Positions 42,711 through 60,653 of a stretch of DNA of 64,000 bases are shown piece after piece. The notes beneath the pieces were generated by a model, which was not told the origin of the DNA, ran no database searches, and saw only the letters and a program-made list of their open reading frames with translations. Source of the stretch: the human T2T-CHM13v2.0 reference genome, Homo sapiens; assembly GCF_009914755.1 (NCBI RefSeq), contig NC_060941.1; one strand, written 5' to 3'. Numbering within the stretch: the first letter of the stretch is position 1; every line of letters begins with the position of its first letter. The translations under genes and the position numbers were made by a program.

Positions 42711-43442
42711 TGGGATAGCCTGGTTTAGGAGTTTGTTGTCAGGTCTTATGAGGCAGATACAATTGTACTTATTATGACTGCCCTTGGGGTAGTCAACTGT
42801 TCACCCATACAATGGGGATGTGTCTTTTGTGAAAATGCTTCGGAAATTCCAAAGCATCATTGAAATATTGAGATGGTTATTCCCATTTTCCCCAAAAGCC
42901 TAAGAGCTCTTACAGGTGCAGCATTATAAAGGCTGCGAAAGGATAAGAGTAGTGTCTTTGTATAGTTTCTTTGTTCCCTTCAAGGCTGCACACTATGTTG
43001 TGGGTACTCCCTGAGATGAACCAAAGCTTCCCCAAAACTGTCAAGAGATCCAACCAGTGCAAAGAACACCCACAATGTCAAACTGTCTTCCCTTGGTCAC
43101 CTGCTTTTCCTTTCTGAAATCCATTCTCCTTAGGGAGCTTTTTCAGACTCATACAAGAATGGGTAACTTCCCCAGTGACTCCCTCACCCCACCTCTAGGA
43201 CAAACCACCCTCTTCATTCTGGACAGCCTTTTCATGGGTCTGTTGTTTATATGTCCATGTAAAGTATGCAAGCATGGTGTCCAGAGGACAGGAACTCTGT
43301 GTACAGCCATAACAACACCCAGATGTGGGAATTGAGGCTCCTTCTCTTGAAGACAAAGATGAAATGATCAGTATATACCCTTAATCTCTACCCCACTCCT
43401 CCTTCCCCAAATATTTAACAGAACTTCAAGCTGCTGGGAATA

Positions 43443-43456
43443 TTTATTTATTTATT
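43443..43456 (-). terminator. FAM117A polyadenylation signal (three overlapping AATAAA)
   Basis: The (TTTA)n run on plus gives AATAAATAAATAAA on minus, ~900 nt after the stop codon. Confidence 0.8.
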
Positions 43457-44354
43457 TGGTCTATTAACACCAAGATCTGCAAAAAACAACCTCTAAACAC
43501 AAGATAAGAAAACTCGAACATTAACATTCTTCAATTTTGTGTAAGCTCTGCAGTACGGAAAATATACAAACTTCAAACAGCTGCAAAAATAGTGTCTTTG
43601 GGAGAAAATAGAGTCTCTACATCGATACAAGAAAAATAGGCATTTTTCTAATCCATCCAGCCCTGGGGCGGGCGGAGAGTATAGAGTCGCCATTTGCCAC
43701 CTGGAGGAATGCCAGCTCTCCTCCCCACTACCCACCTGGGGCTGGGCGGGCTGGGCTGCTACTTAAGACAATCTTTAGTCAGGGTGAAAGCGAGATGAAA
43801 ATGCCACTTGGGAAAACACTTGTTTCCTCCCTCTGCCAGCAGCTGAATTGGTCAAGTGTTATGGCCCGTTAGGGCTGCTTTGGTCAGCTCCTCCAATGAG
43901 AGGGAGGCATGGGAATAGGGCTGAGAGGATGGGGGATCTATCTTATGGTCTCCTGGAGGAGAGGGAAGGAAATCTGTGGCGTCTTCTCTCCTTCGTTCAT
44001 GGCCAGCTTGCTCTGTGACAAAAATAAGGGCCTCCTATACAGTCATTTGGACTGACACCCAGGGGTGGGGGACTCAAGACCTTCTGGGTGTTTTCCACCA
44101 AGTGAGGGATGTGGCAGGTACACAGGTGTGAATTGTGAGCTGCCCAGCTACTAGTGGAGAAGGCAGGTCCCATCACGTTCAGAGGGGCCGGTGCCCATCA
44201 AAAAGAGGACCCAGGGCTTTGACACAGTAAGTGAAAGAAAGTGCTCGAAGGCCGAGAGGGAAGGGCCCCTCCATACCCCATCTCAGGGGACCTGGGGAGG
44301 GACCTGCCACCAAGGCACTGGTCTCTATGGTAAAGTGGGGCAGGGGTGGGACCC

Positions 44355-44655
44355 TCAGACCATCAGGGAGCTCTGGAAAAGCACAGGCTCTTCTGATGGT
44401 GGGGTGCGCTGCCATGGCTCGAATGGCAGTGGGGAGGCCTTGGAGGCTTCCGGATCCTTCCGAGGTGGTGGCCTGGGGCTGGCCGGGGGAAGGGGAGATC
44501 CCGGGTTTGAGGGGCAGTTACGGAAGATGAAGCCCATGCCGGGGAAGAGGGGCTTCATCAGGTTGACGGGGCAGAAGGCTGAGCCAGTCGGGTTGAAATG
44601 GACTTTGTTCTTGTCAGGACAGGAAGTCAGGAAGGCCAGGTCAGGACCTGGAGAC
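44355..44655 (-). CDS. FAM117A: FAM117A last exon coding part (SPGPDLAFLTSCPDKNKV...LFQSSLMV*)
   Basis: cctccag| acceptor at 44655, TGA stop at 44357-44355. Confidence 0.95.
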
Positions 44656-44943
44656 CTGGAGGATGAAGAGAGACACACAAGACACATACGTACACACAGA
44701 GAGAAACAGACAGCGAGAGAGGGTGAGATGTCACAGCATCAAGGCAGCAGGAGAGCTGGGTCTCTGTTCAAACAGAATTGGAACTTGACCGAAAACCAAG
44801 CCCCTCATCTCTCTATTTTTAAAAAAATATGGCTAAACAACGGGAAATGCTCTTCAGCTAAAAAAAGGAGGGATTGAAGCTAGACAGGAAGGAGAACTTC
44901 CTGACAATGTGATTCAAGAAGTGGAGACCAAGAAATCTTTTCA

Positions 44944-48047
<3,104 letters not shown>

Positions 48048-49263
48048 CCACCACCTCTCTTAAAGGGTTAATGCAGGGGCAGGAAGATAAATGAGCTGAC
48101 TTTAAGGCCTCTTCTGGCACTGAGTCTATGAAAAAATCAAGATGAGCTACAGCTTAATTTCCACCCACATTTCCAGGTTGTAATTACTCCACCATAATGT
48201 GGATTGAGGGAGGGTACAAGAGTCTAGAGCCTGCTGAAGCTAAGAGATCTGGCCTCTTCCCTCCACAGCTTCTCAGAGGACCTAGGAGTCTTGAAGGGAT
48301 CCCAGGCAACAATAATAACAGTAACAAAACCTCTAGTGGCAATGGTTTTCTCTGTAACTCCTACTGTGGCTTCTGTATGTACCTTCGGCTGCCACCATGG
48401 GTTATTGCTCCCTTATTTGAGATACAAATGGTGCTCTCAATGACCCAAATCCAGTCCCAGCTACATCTTCACTCACACACCATGACTAAACTTCCTGACT
48501 GCCACTGAAACCCCAACTTGGTGTGAATCTGCCCTGGTGAGTATTAAGCTGGCAGCAGGAAATGAAATGAGCTCTTTGGTGCCTGCTAACGGGGACAGGG
48601 GCATTTGGAAAGGTTGGCTCTCAATTCTTTCGGCTAATGGGAGGAAAGTGTAAAGAATCAACAGAAGAATGGCTTCTGAACGATCCAATCTGGTTTGGAA
48701 ATTTTCCATAGTCCTTACTTGCAAGGACTGGAAATTTCTGTCTGGGAGTTCATGACACTTGAACCACTGCAGCCACAGGATGAAGACTTGACTCCGAAGC
48801 TCAAACTGTTAAGCTGTTTAGGCCCCCCATTCTACTCCAGTGGGGCTGAAACACTTCTAATCTCTGACTGAAGAGAAATACTAATATGTTCTCCCCACAC
48901 CCCCCATCTCTCGCTCTCGCTCTCTCTCTCTGATTATGGTCTAGCAAATTCTCACACCTTCCCCGGAGATGGAAAAAAATAGAAGAAACAAAGGGCTTAG
49001 GTTTCAGATATATTTTCTTTCCAGCTCCTGCTGCGCTTGTGGCTGGCATGTGGGCAGAGAGCAGGTTTCTATGGAGATAATGATAAGCAAAGATTTAAGT
49101 GCTCAGAGTAGGTAATGTCAACACGTTTGATCATGGAAAGCTGGCAATACTTATCATCTAAAGTTGACAACACCTCTATGACAAGAGAGAGTCCAAGACT
49201 GAAGAAGGTGGGAGAATGTAGGCCCACCCTCCCCTCCCACACCCTGTCCACTTGGTGTACTCA

Positions 49264-49554
<291 letters not shown>

Positions 49555-50612
49555 TTATACTCTACCTTAAAAACCTTTGAGGCAGCTTACAAAAATACAC
49601 AGTGTATAACAGAACAGAAAAACGGAGTTGAATGTATGGAAAGTTAAGATCTCATACCAATTCTATATTCCCAGGAGGTAGACTGGGACCGGAACTCCAG
49701 ATCTCAGACTTGAAGGAATACTAACTGTGTCTCTCTCTGCCTTCTTCCAAGACTGTCACACCCTCCCTGCCAACATACCACAGCTTCTTCCTGTCCACAG
49801 TCTTGAAAATCTATCCTTTCTTCCAAGAACTCTTCTCCGACTCAGAGAAGCAATCTTTACTCAACCCCACTTGTAGGATAAAATTCCTCTCCCTTTCCAC
49901 ACAGTGAATGTACTTTGCCTAGGTTGCAAATATTGACTTTATCTGTATTTATCTCACATTTATTCCTCCTTATTCTATGCTCTGTTTACCCATGTGTATT
50001 GTTAGATCATGCCCTTGACCAGCCTACCTCATGGGGTTGATGTGACAATCAAATCAGACAACATAGGCACAGTGCTTTATAATGTAAGGATTATTATTAG
50101 GAGGTAGGAATTTCATCTCATTTTCTCAGAGAAGTAGCTAGGGCATTGTAGAAAATAGAGATTTGGAGTAAAAAAAAAAAATGAGTTTTGGTCTGGGTCA
50201 AACTATGCAACCCTGGGCAAGCAACCACATTCTCTTACTTTGTATCACTCACAACCACTTTGAAACCATTGTTGGGAATGAGTACAGTGGACACCTGAAT
50301 GAAGACTTGCTGCTTTCCCCTACAGCTTGCTGAACCTCAGCCCAAAAATGGGGATGGCAGGGATTGCTTCTTTGGATCCCAGTGAGGATTAAATAGAAGT
50401 ATAAATGCAGTGACTTCATAAATTATCAATCAGAACAGGATGTATGGGACCATTATTATCATTGGTATAATGTGCAGAAGAAAGATGACTCATAAAGATA
50501 TTCTAGTAGGGTACTGAGAATGCTAGGCCTGAATTGACTAGAGGTGGAAAAGGGAGTGGAGCCACTCATGTGCCCCAGAGTCAGCCCTGCTGCCTCAGCC
50601 TTCGCGGCTTAC

Positions 50613-50814
50613 CTTTGTCGTTGGGGGTGGATGCCAGCTCCTCGGCGGCACCCCGATGTTCCTCATGACTGGCCAGGCCACAAGGCTGGGGAGATGCCAA
50701 GGACATGGAAGGAGAGCTGGCAAGGTTGCCAGGCTCCAGGAGGAGGAGGGGATGATCACAGCTGCCACTCTGGGGAGGAGCTGGGGCCCGGTGCCCATCA
50801 GGGATATCAAGGAT
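50613..50814 (-). CDS. FAM117A: FAM117A coding exon (ILDIPDGHRAPAPP...STPNDK)
   Basis: ccgttag| acceptor, AAG|GTAAGC donor, 202 nt. Confidence 0.94.
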
Positions 50815-51487
50815 CTAACGGGGAAGGACGGTAAAGACTGTCAGCCCTGAGTATTTCAGGCCTGCAGCAGCACAGTGACCCCAAGGGTATTTCCCTTGCT
50901 GCTGTCATTCTCTATCCATGACACACAACCACAGAACACCATTTCCTCCAGCGATTTATTTCCCTGGCCACCCTTCAATCTAGAAGAAACTCCCTCCTGT
51001 TTCTTCCATAGCACTTTGCTCTTATCCCTAATAGCACTCACAGTCCAATGTATAATTACATATTCACCTGTAGGGCTTGATCAATGTGTTGTCCCCATAA
51101 GACTATAAGCCTCATGAGGGCAGGGACCTTCTGTGCCCTGGGCTCTAGGAACACAAAGATGATAACGTATGCTGGAGGGCACAATAGCGGCAAACCACCA
51201 GGAGCCTATAAGTGCTGTAACCATTGCAGAACAAGTATGCTGATGATTAGCATGTGTTACATACCTCCTCACCCCCTTTTAAAAACACTCAATGGTACTT
51301 GAACCTGTAGCTCACCAAATTATGTGCATGTGTTTGGGTATATGTAAAATCCTGCATACATGCAAATTCAAAACCAACTAGTAGGTAAATCATAAACTGA
51401 GAAGTGTGCCCATTAGAATCATATTAATATTGGCCAACTGGCATTCCCCAATTAAACTGTGTCAATATAAAATTGTGCCTGAGGCCA

Positions 51488-52375
<888 letters not shown>

Positions 52376-52859
52376 GTGCCTGAGACTTCAGCAAAGGTAG
52401 CACATATTCTGCCTGGGAGTGGAGTCGGGGAGAAGGCTGCATAGGAGCAGCTTGGCATGAAGGAGGCATGCGTGTTACCAGGTAGAGATGGAGAAGGGGC
52501 AGGGAGCAGCAGGCACTGAGGCGCCCATGCCGGTGCCGAGCACACGGGGAACAGTGAGAACTGGCAGTTTGGCTGAAGATGACCCCTGTCTGTTCCTCCC
52601 AGCGGGGGGGCCTCCTCTCTGCCAATCCTTGCCCCCTGTCTTTGTACTCACCACCACAAAGCCTGCCCTAGTGACATGGGTTAAGGCCATTTGAGACTAA
52701 TAAACTCCATTTGCATTCCTTTTGCAGGCTGGTGTTTGTATGCTGCTGTTTGCGTAGCCATAGCCTGTGAGGCCCCAGAGAGCAGGACTCCCAGTTCCCC
52801 TCGCCCAGGCCAAGTGAGGCACGGACTGTGGGTGCACTCAGGGTGCAGCCGCCACTCAC

Positions 52860-52994
52860 CCTCAGCAGCTCCTCTTCTCCCTGCTCCTTCACAAATACCT
52901 CCTCCAGCTCTTGGTTGAGCCCTTCCAGGCTCCTGTGCAGGCAGGGGCTGAGTCGCAAGACAGGGGACCCTGAGGGGAAGCTGGGAGGGGACGC
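52860..52994 (-). CDS. FAM117A: FAM117A coding exon (ASPPSFPSGSPVLRLSPCLHRSLEGLNQELEEVFVKEQGEEELLR)
   Basis: ttcctcag| acceptor, AGG|GTGAGT donor, 135 nt. Confidence 0.94.
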
Positions 52995-53425
52995 CTGAGG
53001 AAGAGGCAAATGACAAAATCACACACAGCCCCACCAGGCCTAGACAGTCTTTCATTCTGACCAGGGGTAATGGTCATGTCCACACAGCAGAACTGAGTGA
53101 ATGAAGGGTGATTTGGGGACAGTTACAGATTGCAATAGGTCCACTCAGGGCAGTTTTCTCCAAAAGTTTGAGCTTTGCAGAGTCTACTGTGTGCTGTAGA
53201 GTCATTGCCTCAATTATATGGGGATGGGGGTAGAAGAGAGGGAGATTCAGAACGGCAAGAAGCCCTTCCAATATCACACAGCAAGACCAAGTTTGGACTA
53301 AAACTTCACAAAGCATGCAGTGTGGTAGGGGGCTCGGCAGTTCCAAGACCCAGGAAACCTCTGCCCATATAGGGGGGCCTGCATGGAGGAGAACAGAGGG
53401 GAGAGGGCTGGGGGAGAAAACATAC

Positions 53426-53536
53426 CCTCAGTGCTCCCCGCACTGCGTGGTCCCCTAGGAGTGGTGAACCTCGCTCCTTCTCTTTCCCACTGCGGCTCAG
53501 CTTCGTCCTCTGCAGTTGTTGCTTCAACTTGGAAAT
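53426..53536 (-). CDS. FAM117A: FAM117A coding exon (ISKLKQQLQRTKLSRSGKEKERGSPLLGDHAVRGALR)
   Basis: ctgctag| acceptor, AGG|GTATGT donor, 111 nt; coiled-coil-like. Confidence 0.93.
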
Positions 53537-55045
53537 CTAGCAGCCCAGAGAGAAGACGACAGAGGCAGATTAAGGAAAGCCAAAGTGCACTGGGTCCCTC
53601 TTCCAAAGAGTGGCTCCTGGCAGAGGCCCATGAAGATATATACAAGGAGGATGGAAGTTAATCTTCCATCTCAAAATAGCTCAATGGTGTTAAAACTGTG
53701 ATGATCTGTTCCTCAGACGAGTTGGATACCTCACTTAACTAGATGGATTGGATTCCAAATAATTAAAAATATACAACATGGAAACCATTTTGTCTTTTAC
53801 AGATTCCAAAGGCATGGACTACCCCTCTTTTTTTTTTGAGACTGAGTCTCGCTCTCTCACCCAGGCTGGAGTGCAATGGTGCGATCTCGGCTCACTGCAA
53901 CCTCCACCAGGTTCAAGCAGTTCTCTGCCTCAGCCTCCTGAGTAGCTGGGATTACAGGCACCCACCATCACCCCCAGCTAATTTTTGTATTTTTAATAGA
54001 GATGGGGTTTCACCATGTTGGCCAGGCTGGTCTTGAACTCCTTACCTCGTGATCCACCCGCCTCAGCCTCCCAAAGTCCTGGGATTACAGGCATGAGGCA
54101 TTGCGTCTGGCCCTACCCCTCTATAAATAGCAATGGAAGATGATGTTTCTGAATGCTAAGGACATTCAGAGTACATTCACAACGATCTTAGAGGCCCTGA
54201 GACCAGGAAGGATGGGGATATTCTCCCTTGTTTAAAGTAGACTACACTAGGAACAGGGATAGACACTCAAGAAGGGGATATTGGATTTCATCTTGACTTT
54301 CATATCCTGAGACTACTACAGATTATCATCAACAGTTTTGAATATTATCCCATCACATGTGCAATTCTGGACCTTCTTGCCCTCAACTGGAAAATGCTCA
54401 GGGGATGAAGAGCTATTTAAATATAAGCCTAAATTAAATGGAATTCAGAGAGTAGATCTGCTGCCCACAGCCATAAGATTTATGACTAGAGCCAAGAAGA
54501 AAGAGCTTTCCAATTTGCTATTGTGGGTCACTCATACCACATCTCCCCATTCTTAGTGTGAATAACTTGCTTACTCTGACCATTGAAAAGTTTAAATATT
54601 TTTTATTTCCCCCTTGTCTTAAGCTCTCAACGTATTCACTTCATATTTTCTCATTGTTCTCAGCAATAGAGGGCAGAAGCAACTTCCTCTTGTAAAGGCG
54701 TGCAGGGTGAGTCCTATCGAGTTGACCCTCTCAGAAGCTGCCACACAGCATGTCAGGAGGAGCTGATGGGGAGCCCTGGAATATTCCAGCCTACGGCTTT
54801 CTCCCCTTAACCTCAATGACTTGAGCACTCCTGAGGGAGAGGGAGGGCCAGGAAAAAGTGTTTGGGAGCATTTCGTTATTTTTCTCTTCTCTTGAAAATA
54901 AGGCTAGGGCTGGGCGTGGTGGCTCACGCCTGTAATCCCAGCACTTTGGGATGCTGAGGCTTGCAGATCACCTGAGGTCAGGAGTTCAGGACCACCCTGG
55001 CCAACACGGTGAAACCCATCTCTACTAAAAAAAAAAAAAAATTCA

Positions 55046-55219
<174 letters not shown>

Positions 55220-55598
55220 CTAGATGAGTAGTTAAGAAGTAAATGAGGCTGGGAGCTCCTAATTCCCAGGAACTCCCTCCCTGTCTTCCTCCAGTCTCTG
55301 AGCTGCTTATCTGGATCCAATCCCAAAGAACAATGGTGGCTCCAGCCCTGTGCTTGCTGCTGAAAGGCACTAGCAGCCTCTGGCCAAGCCCCTGCCTAGC
55401 AGGAGGGTCTGGGCTCCTAAGACCTGGCCACTTGGAGAGTGGGAGTCAGCTAGGAAGGAGCCATCTCATCAGGAAAAGGCCAGGTCAAGATAGGAGAGGT
55501 GAGCAGTGTGACGCCACCATGGAGCAGATGCATTGCATGGTACTAGGGGATCGAGAAGAAGCCGCTACCCTAGGCAGGGAGTCAAAGTGGGTAGCTAC

Positions 55599-55694
55599 CT
55601 CTTTTCGGTGGTCTGTGCTGCCCCAGGATGCTGAGCGCTTGTGTGCACAGGAACTGGCACGCTCACCTTCTAGCTCTTGCCAGGACAGGGGCGT
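55599..55694 (-). CDS. FAM117A: FAM117A coding exon (probably exon 3; TPLSWQELEGERASSCAHKRSASWGSTDHRKE)
   Basis: ccctgcag| acceptor, GAG|GTAGCT donor, 96 nt. Confidence 0.93.
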
Positions 55695-58394
55695 CTGCAG
55701 GGAGAGAAACACAGTGAGACACAGCAGCTTCTTTGGCAGGCACTGGGGAACAGGCACACTGTTTTCTGGGTAGAGGTGATGGCCCTTTGAGCCCTTCTCT
55801 CTGCTCATCAACCTCTGAACACTCCCAGTCGGTGTTCTTCTTCAGGCTTCTCCACCTGCACTCCCTCCTTCCCAGTTCATGTCCTCCAGCAAACATTCCC
55901 TGATGACCCAACAGGGCCAACCTCCTCTTTACTCTTTTCTGAGTGCTATACATATATGATATCCCAGTTATTCCAGCTGATCCTCAGTGGTGAGGACAAG
56001 TATTGCCACTCCTATCCCAACCAGCTCCAAGAGAATATAGGCTCAGGCTCCGGGAATCACTGGCACTCTTTATTCTCTCGCCCTCTACATGTGTAGCACA
56101 GGCCCAGGCTCCTGGGAGCCTAATAAAAACAAGTTAATATATAGGAGTGCATTAAGGGATTATTAACTGGTAAAACAGGAAAAAATGTCAACATAGGTCC
56201 CCTGACCAAAGCAGGGGACTCCTGTATGGTGCAGTGCTTCATTTTTCCCTGCACATGGAATAAGTGTTACTCCCCCAACCCCTGCCCCCGCTGCAAATAA
56301 GCAGGAAGGAGACATTTTCAGAAAGGAGAGAGCCACAGTTCTGAATCCAGCCCTGATTCCTGATCCCTCTTGGCCTTATCACTCCTTTTCCTCCCGGGCC
56401 TGCCCAGCCCTCATAAAAACAGGGCCCTCAGTGTGCATCTTCTCTCCCTTGCTGCACCGAAGACAGAGTGTCCAAGATGGAGGCAGGGAGAGCTGCAGGA
56501 CTACTTCCTGAGCCCCGACCCAAGGGAGGAAGCTGTTGGCTCTAAGCATGAAGCCAAAGAGGCCCAGAACCCTCCCCACCACCAGTATCCCTACTTCCAT
56601 TCCAAGGGAGGGGCCCAAGGGGGAACGCTCCAGTGGAACCAGTTTCTCTCTAACTTCTGTGCACAAGCACAGGCTGCCAAAAACATGAGGGCCTGGGAAC
56701 TGTCTCCTCCAAGAGATCTGCTGACCTCCCCCGAGAGGTTGTTGCAAACAGAAAAGGGGGAGGACGGGGAAAAAAACCCAACTACTCGCCACCCAACAGC
56801 TGCTAAGAGGAGCTCGGCGGGGGAGTCTGAGCAAGCTTGTGAGAGCAGACGGCCGTATGTGACAGCTGCAGTGGAGAGGGGCCACTGGGGATTGGGGCTC
56901 CCTGGCTCTTCCTTCTCCCAGCTGCTCATGGATCAGCACCTTTACTGGGCCACGCAACATAGCCAGGGTGAGACAACTACCCTAACTTTCTTGTTCTGAT
57001 GAGCATCACGAGTAAGTAGGTAACAGAGGAGTCTACAAATGCTAAATAAAGCATCCAGAGATCCATTTCCCCACAATTCCCTTCTTTAGGAAAAGGGCAG
57101 ACAGCACATCCTTCAGGCCCAAATCTTCAGCACAAACCCTAAAGCCATATACTGGCTCTGTCAGTATATGGAAAGCTACTTCCAAATGCCCATGTCTCTC
57201 TAAACCAGGGTTCTACCAGACAAAGCCTCAGAAAAGGCTGGTGCATGCACTGAAAAGTGAGGAGGAAGCCCATCTCTCCCAGCCACCTCGACCCAGCAGA
57301 CACACAAAGGATCCTCTCCTCAAGGCTCCAGGACCAACTCTAAAGATGACTACCTCTGCTAATCGAAGCTGGGCCCCGCACCCCCCACGCAAACCTGTTG
57401 TCCCTGGAAGGTGGCAGAGGCTATAGAGGGATGACAAAAGCTAAAGGGACCGTTCTGCCCATTTCCCTTCCTCAGGGAAGATACTGTACTCACAGGTGGG
57501 TGGTAACAGAGAGGAAAAAACAGCCACATTCAGGCCGCCACGGGTACTACTAATATCTCTTGCAAACTCTTCAAGTACCTCTTTCTTCTGGGATATGCGA
57601 GAGGATGGAAAGAGAAATGCAGGCTAGCACAGGACTTAAAAAGGATGTGAGGCTGGGGGTGGTGGCTCATGCCTGTAATCCCAACACTTTGGGAGACTGA
57701 GGCGGGTGGATCACTTGAGGTCAAGAGTTCAAGACCAGCCTGGCAAACATGGTGAAACCCCGTCTCTACTAAAAATAGAAAAATTAACTGGGCGCCTGTA
57801 ATCCCAGCTATTCAGGTAGCTGAGGCACGAGAATTGCTTGAACTCAAGAGGTAGAGGTTGCAGTGAGCTGAGATTGCACCACTGCACTCCAAGCCTGGGC
57901 GACAGAGCAAGACAGTCTCAAGAAAAAAAAAAAAAAAAAGAAAGAAAGAAAAAAGAAAAAAAAGAAAAGAAAAAGAAAGGGATGTGAAAATCATAGCAGC
58001 TAGGGTCATCTCCTCTCTCAATCCAAGTGACCCCACCTCTCTCCGCTCAGCAACGTCTTCCACCAACCACTGCCTTCTCTGTGTAAACTATACTACTAAG
58101 GCCATTTCTTTGTGTCAACACCCAACCCCTGGCCATAGAATTCACCATCTGACCCTTCATCCCACGGGCTCTCCATCCTTGGCTCTCTGTCCTCCCAAGC
58201 AAACCCATCTCCCTCTCCTTTTTCTTACCTTACCCCCAACCTCCAAGCCTGGTCTCCCGATCTAAGACGGCCTGCCCGGCCAACTATTCCCATTCTTCTT
58301 GTCAGGGAGCCTTTCCTAACTTGTCTGCCTCAGGCTGACTGCTCTTCTGCTCTGTGTCTCCTCCTTGCAGATGGGCTCTGAGTGTACAGCATTC

Positions 58395-59270
58395 GTGCAA
58401 TCAACAAATAGTGGCTGAATGTACACTGTGTGCCCGGTACTGTTTCAGGCACTGGCCATACAACCATGTACAAAACAACACAAATACTTGTCCCGTCTGA
58501 GTTTATGTTCTTATTGGGGAGACAGTTTAAACAGTGATAAGTGCCAAGGAGAAAAATACAGCAAAGAAAAGGGATAGGAATGCTGGGTGGGGGATACAAT
58601 TGGAAATGTCAGGGAGGCCCCCAATGAAAAAGTAACATCTGAATAAAAACACGAAGGAAGTGAGGGAGTGAGTCATGTGCGTATCTGAGGTAAGAGTAAT
58701 CCAGACAGAGGGAACAGCCAGTGCAAAGGCCCTGTGGCGGCAATGAGCCTGGCATGTTTGAGAATGATAAAGAGGCCAGTGTGGCTGGAGCAGAGTGTGT
58801 CAGGAGATGCAGTGACAGGTTAAAAAACAGCTCCTCAAAGATGAGGAACCTATAAATGTTACCTTGTATAGTAACGTTTTTGCAGATGTATTAAGGATCT
58901 TGAGATTATCCAAGATTATCTGGGTGGACCCTAAATACCATTACAAACGTCCTTAAATAAGAAAGAGGCAGAGGGAGATTAGATGTATGCACACTGAAGA
59001 GGATAAAGCGATATGACCACAGAGGCAGAGACTCGAGTGATGTGGCTGCAAGCCAAGGAGTGCCAGCAGCCACCAGAAGCTAGAAGTGCAGGAACAGACT
59101 CTCCCCAGGAGCCTCCTGGGAGAGAATGGCCCTACCAACACCTTGATCTCAGCCCAGTGAAACAGAACTTGGACTTCTGGTCTCCAGAACTGTGAAATAA
59201 TACATTTCTGTGGTATTAAGCCACTAAGTTTGAGGTAATTTGTTAAAGCAGCCTCAGAAACCTAATGCAG
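58395..59270. mobile_element. L2 fragment (~58395-58815) followed by an MLT1 LTR (~58820-59270)
   Basis: L2: caacaaata...tgtgcc.gg.actgtt..aggcactgg. MLT1: gcaagccaaggagtgccagcagccaccagaagctaga...gacttctgg.ctccagaactgtga...aagccactaagtttg.ggtaatttgtta.agcagc. Confidence 0.8.
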
Positions 59271-59330
59271 TAGGTTATCCTGTGTTTGAAGTTGTTGACA
59301 TGCTGACATCGAGTATTCTTTTTTTTTTGA

Positions 59331-59543
<213 letters not shown>

Positions 59544-59766
59544 TAAGGTGATCTGCCTGCCTCAGCCTCCTAAAGTGCTGGGATTACAGGCATTAGCCAC
59601 TGCGCCCACCCGACATCGAGTATTCTCAAGGCAGGAGTGTACACAGGTGTGGACTATAGCCCCTCCTAAACTGGGAGTGCCCAGAGTGGGGACTGTGTCC
59701 CCAGTTTCCAGTGCCCAAGGTTAGATAGGACTCCTCTTCTGAGTCTCACCATGTAGTCACAGCTAA

Positions 59767-59859
<93 letters not shown>

Positions 59860-60237
59860 TGAGGCCAGGAGTTCAAAACCAGCCTGGTCAACTAGCGAGA
59901 CCCTATCTCTATAAAAGAAATAATTTTAAATTAGCCAGTTATGGTGGTGCATATCTGTAGTCCCAGCTACTAGGGAGGCTGAGGCAGGAGGACCACTTGC
60001 GCCCAGAGTTCGAGGCTGCAGTGAGTCATGATAATACCACTGCACTCCAGCCTGGGCAATAGAGTGAGACCCTGTCTCAAAAAAAAAAGGAAAAAAGAAA
60101 AAGAAAAAACTAACCTTCTGGCCACAACAGGGGTCACACCATGCTGCTCAGTCATTCTAGATGACCCTTTGGAAGCAGGGTAGAGCTGGAGCTCAGCAGA
60201 CCAAAAAGTCATGTTTGTCTCCAGGCACGGTGACTCA

Positions 60238-60653
<416 letters not shown>

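Noticed and set aside
44647-44655. Alternative AG 8 nt into the FAM117A last exon
   Set aside because: Only the 44655 acceptor keeps the frame and directly follows the pyrimidine tract.
44191-44877. 228-aa plus-strand ORF
   Set aside because: Antisense shadow of the GC-rich FAM117A last exon; non-ATG start and no recognisable domain.
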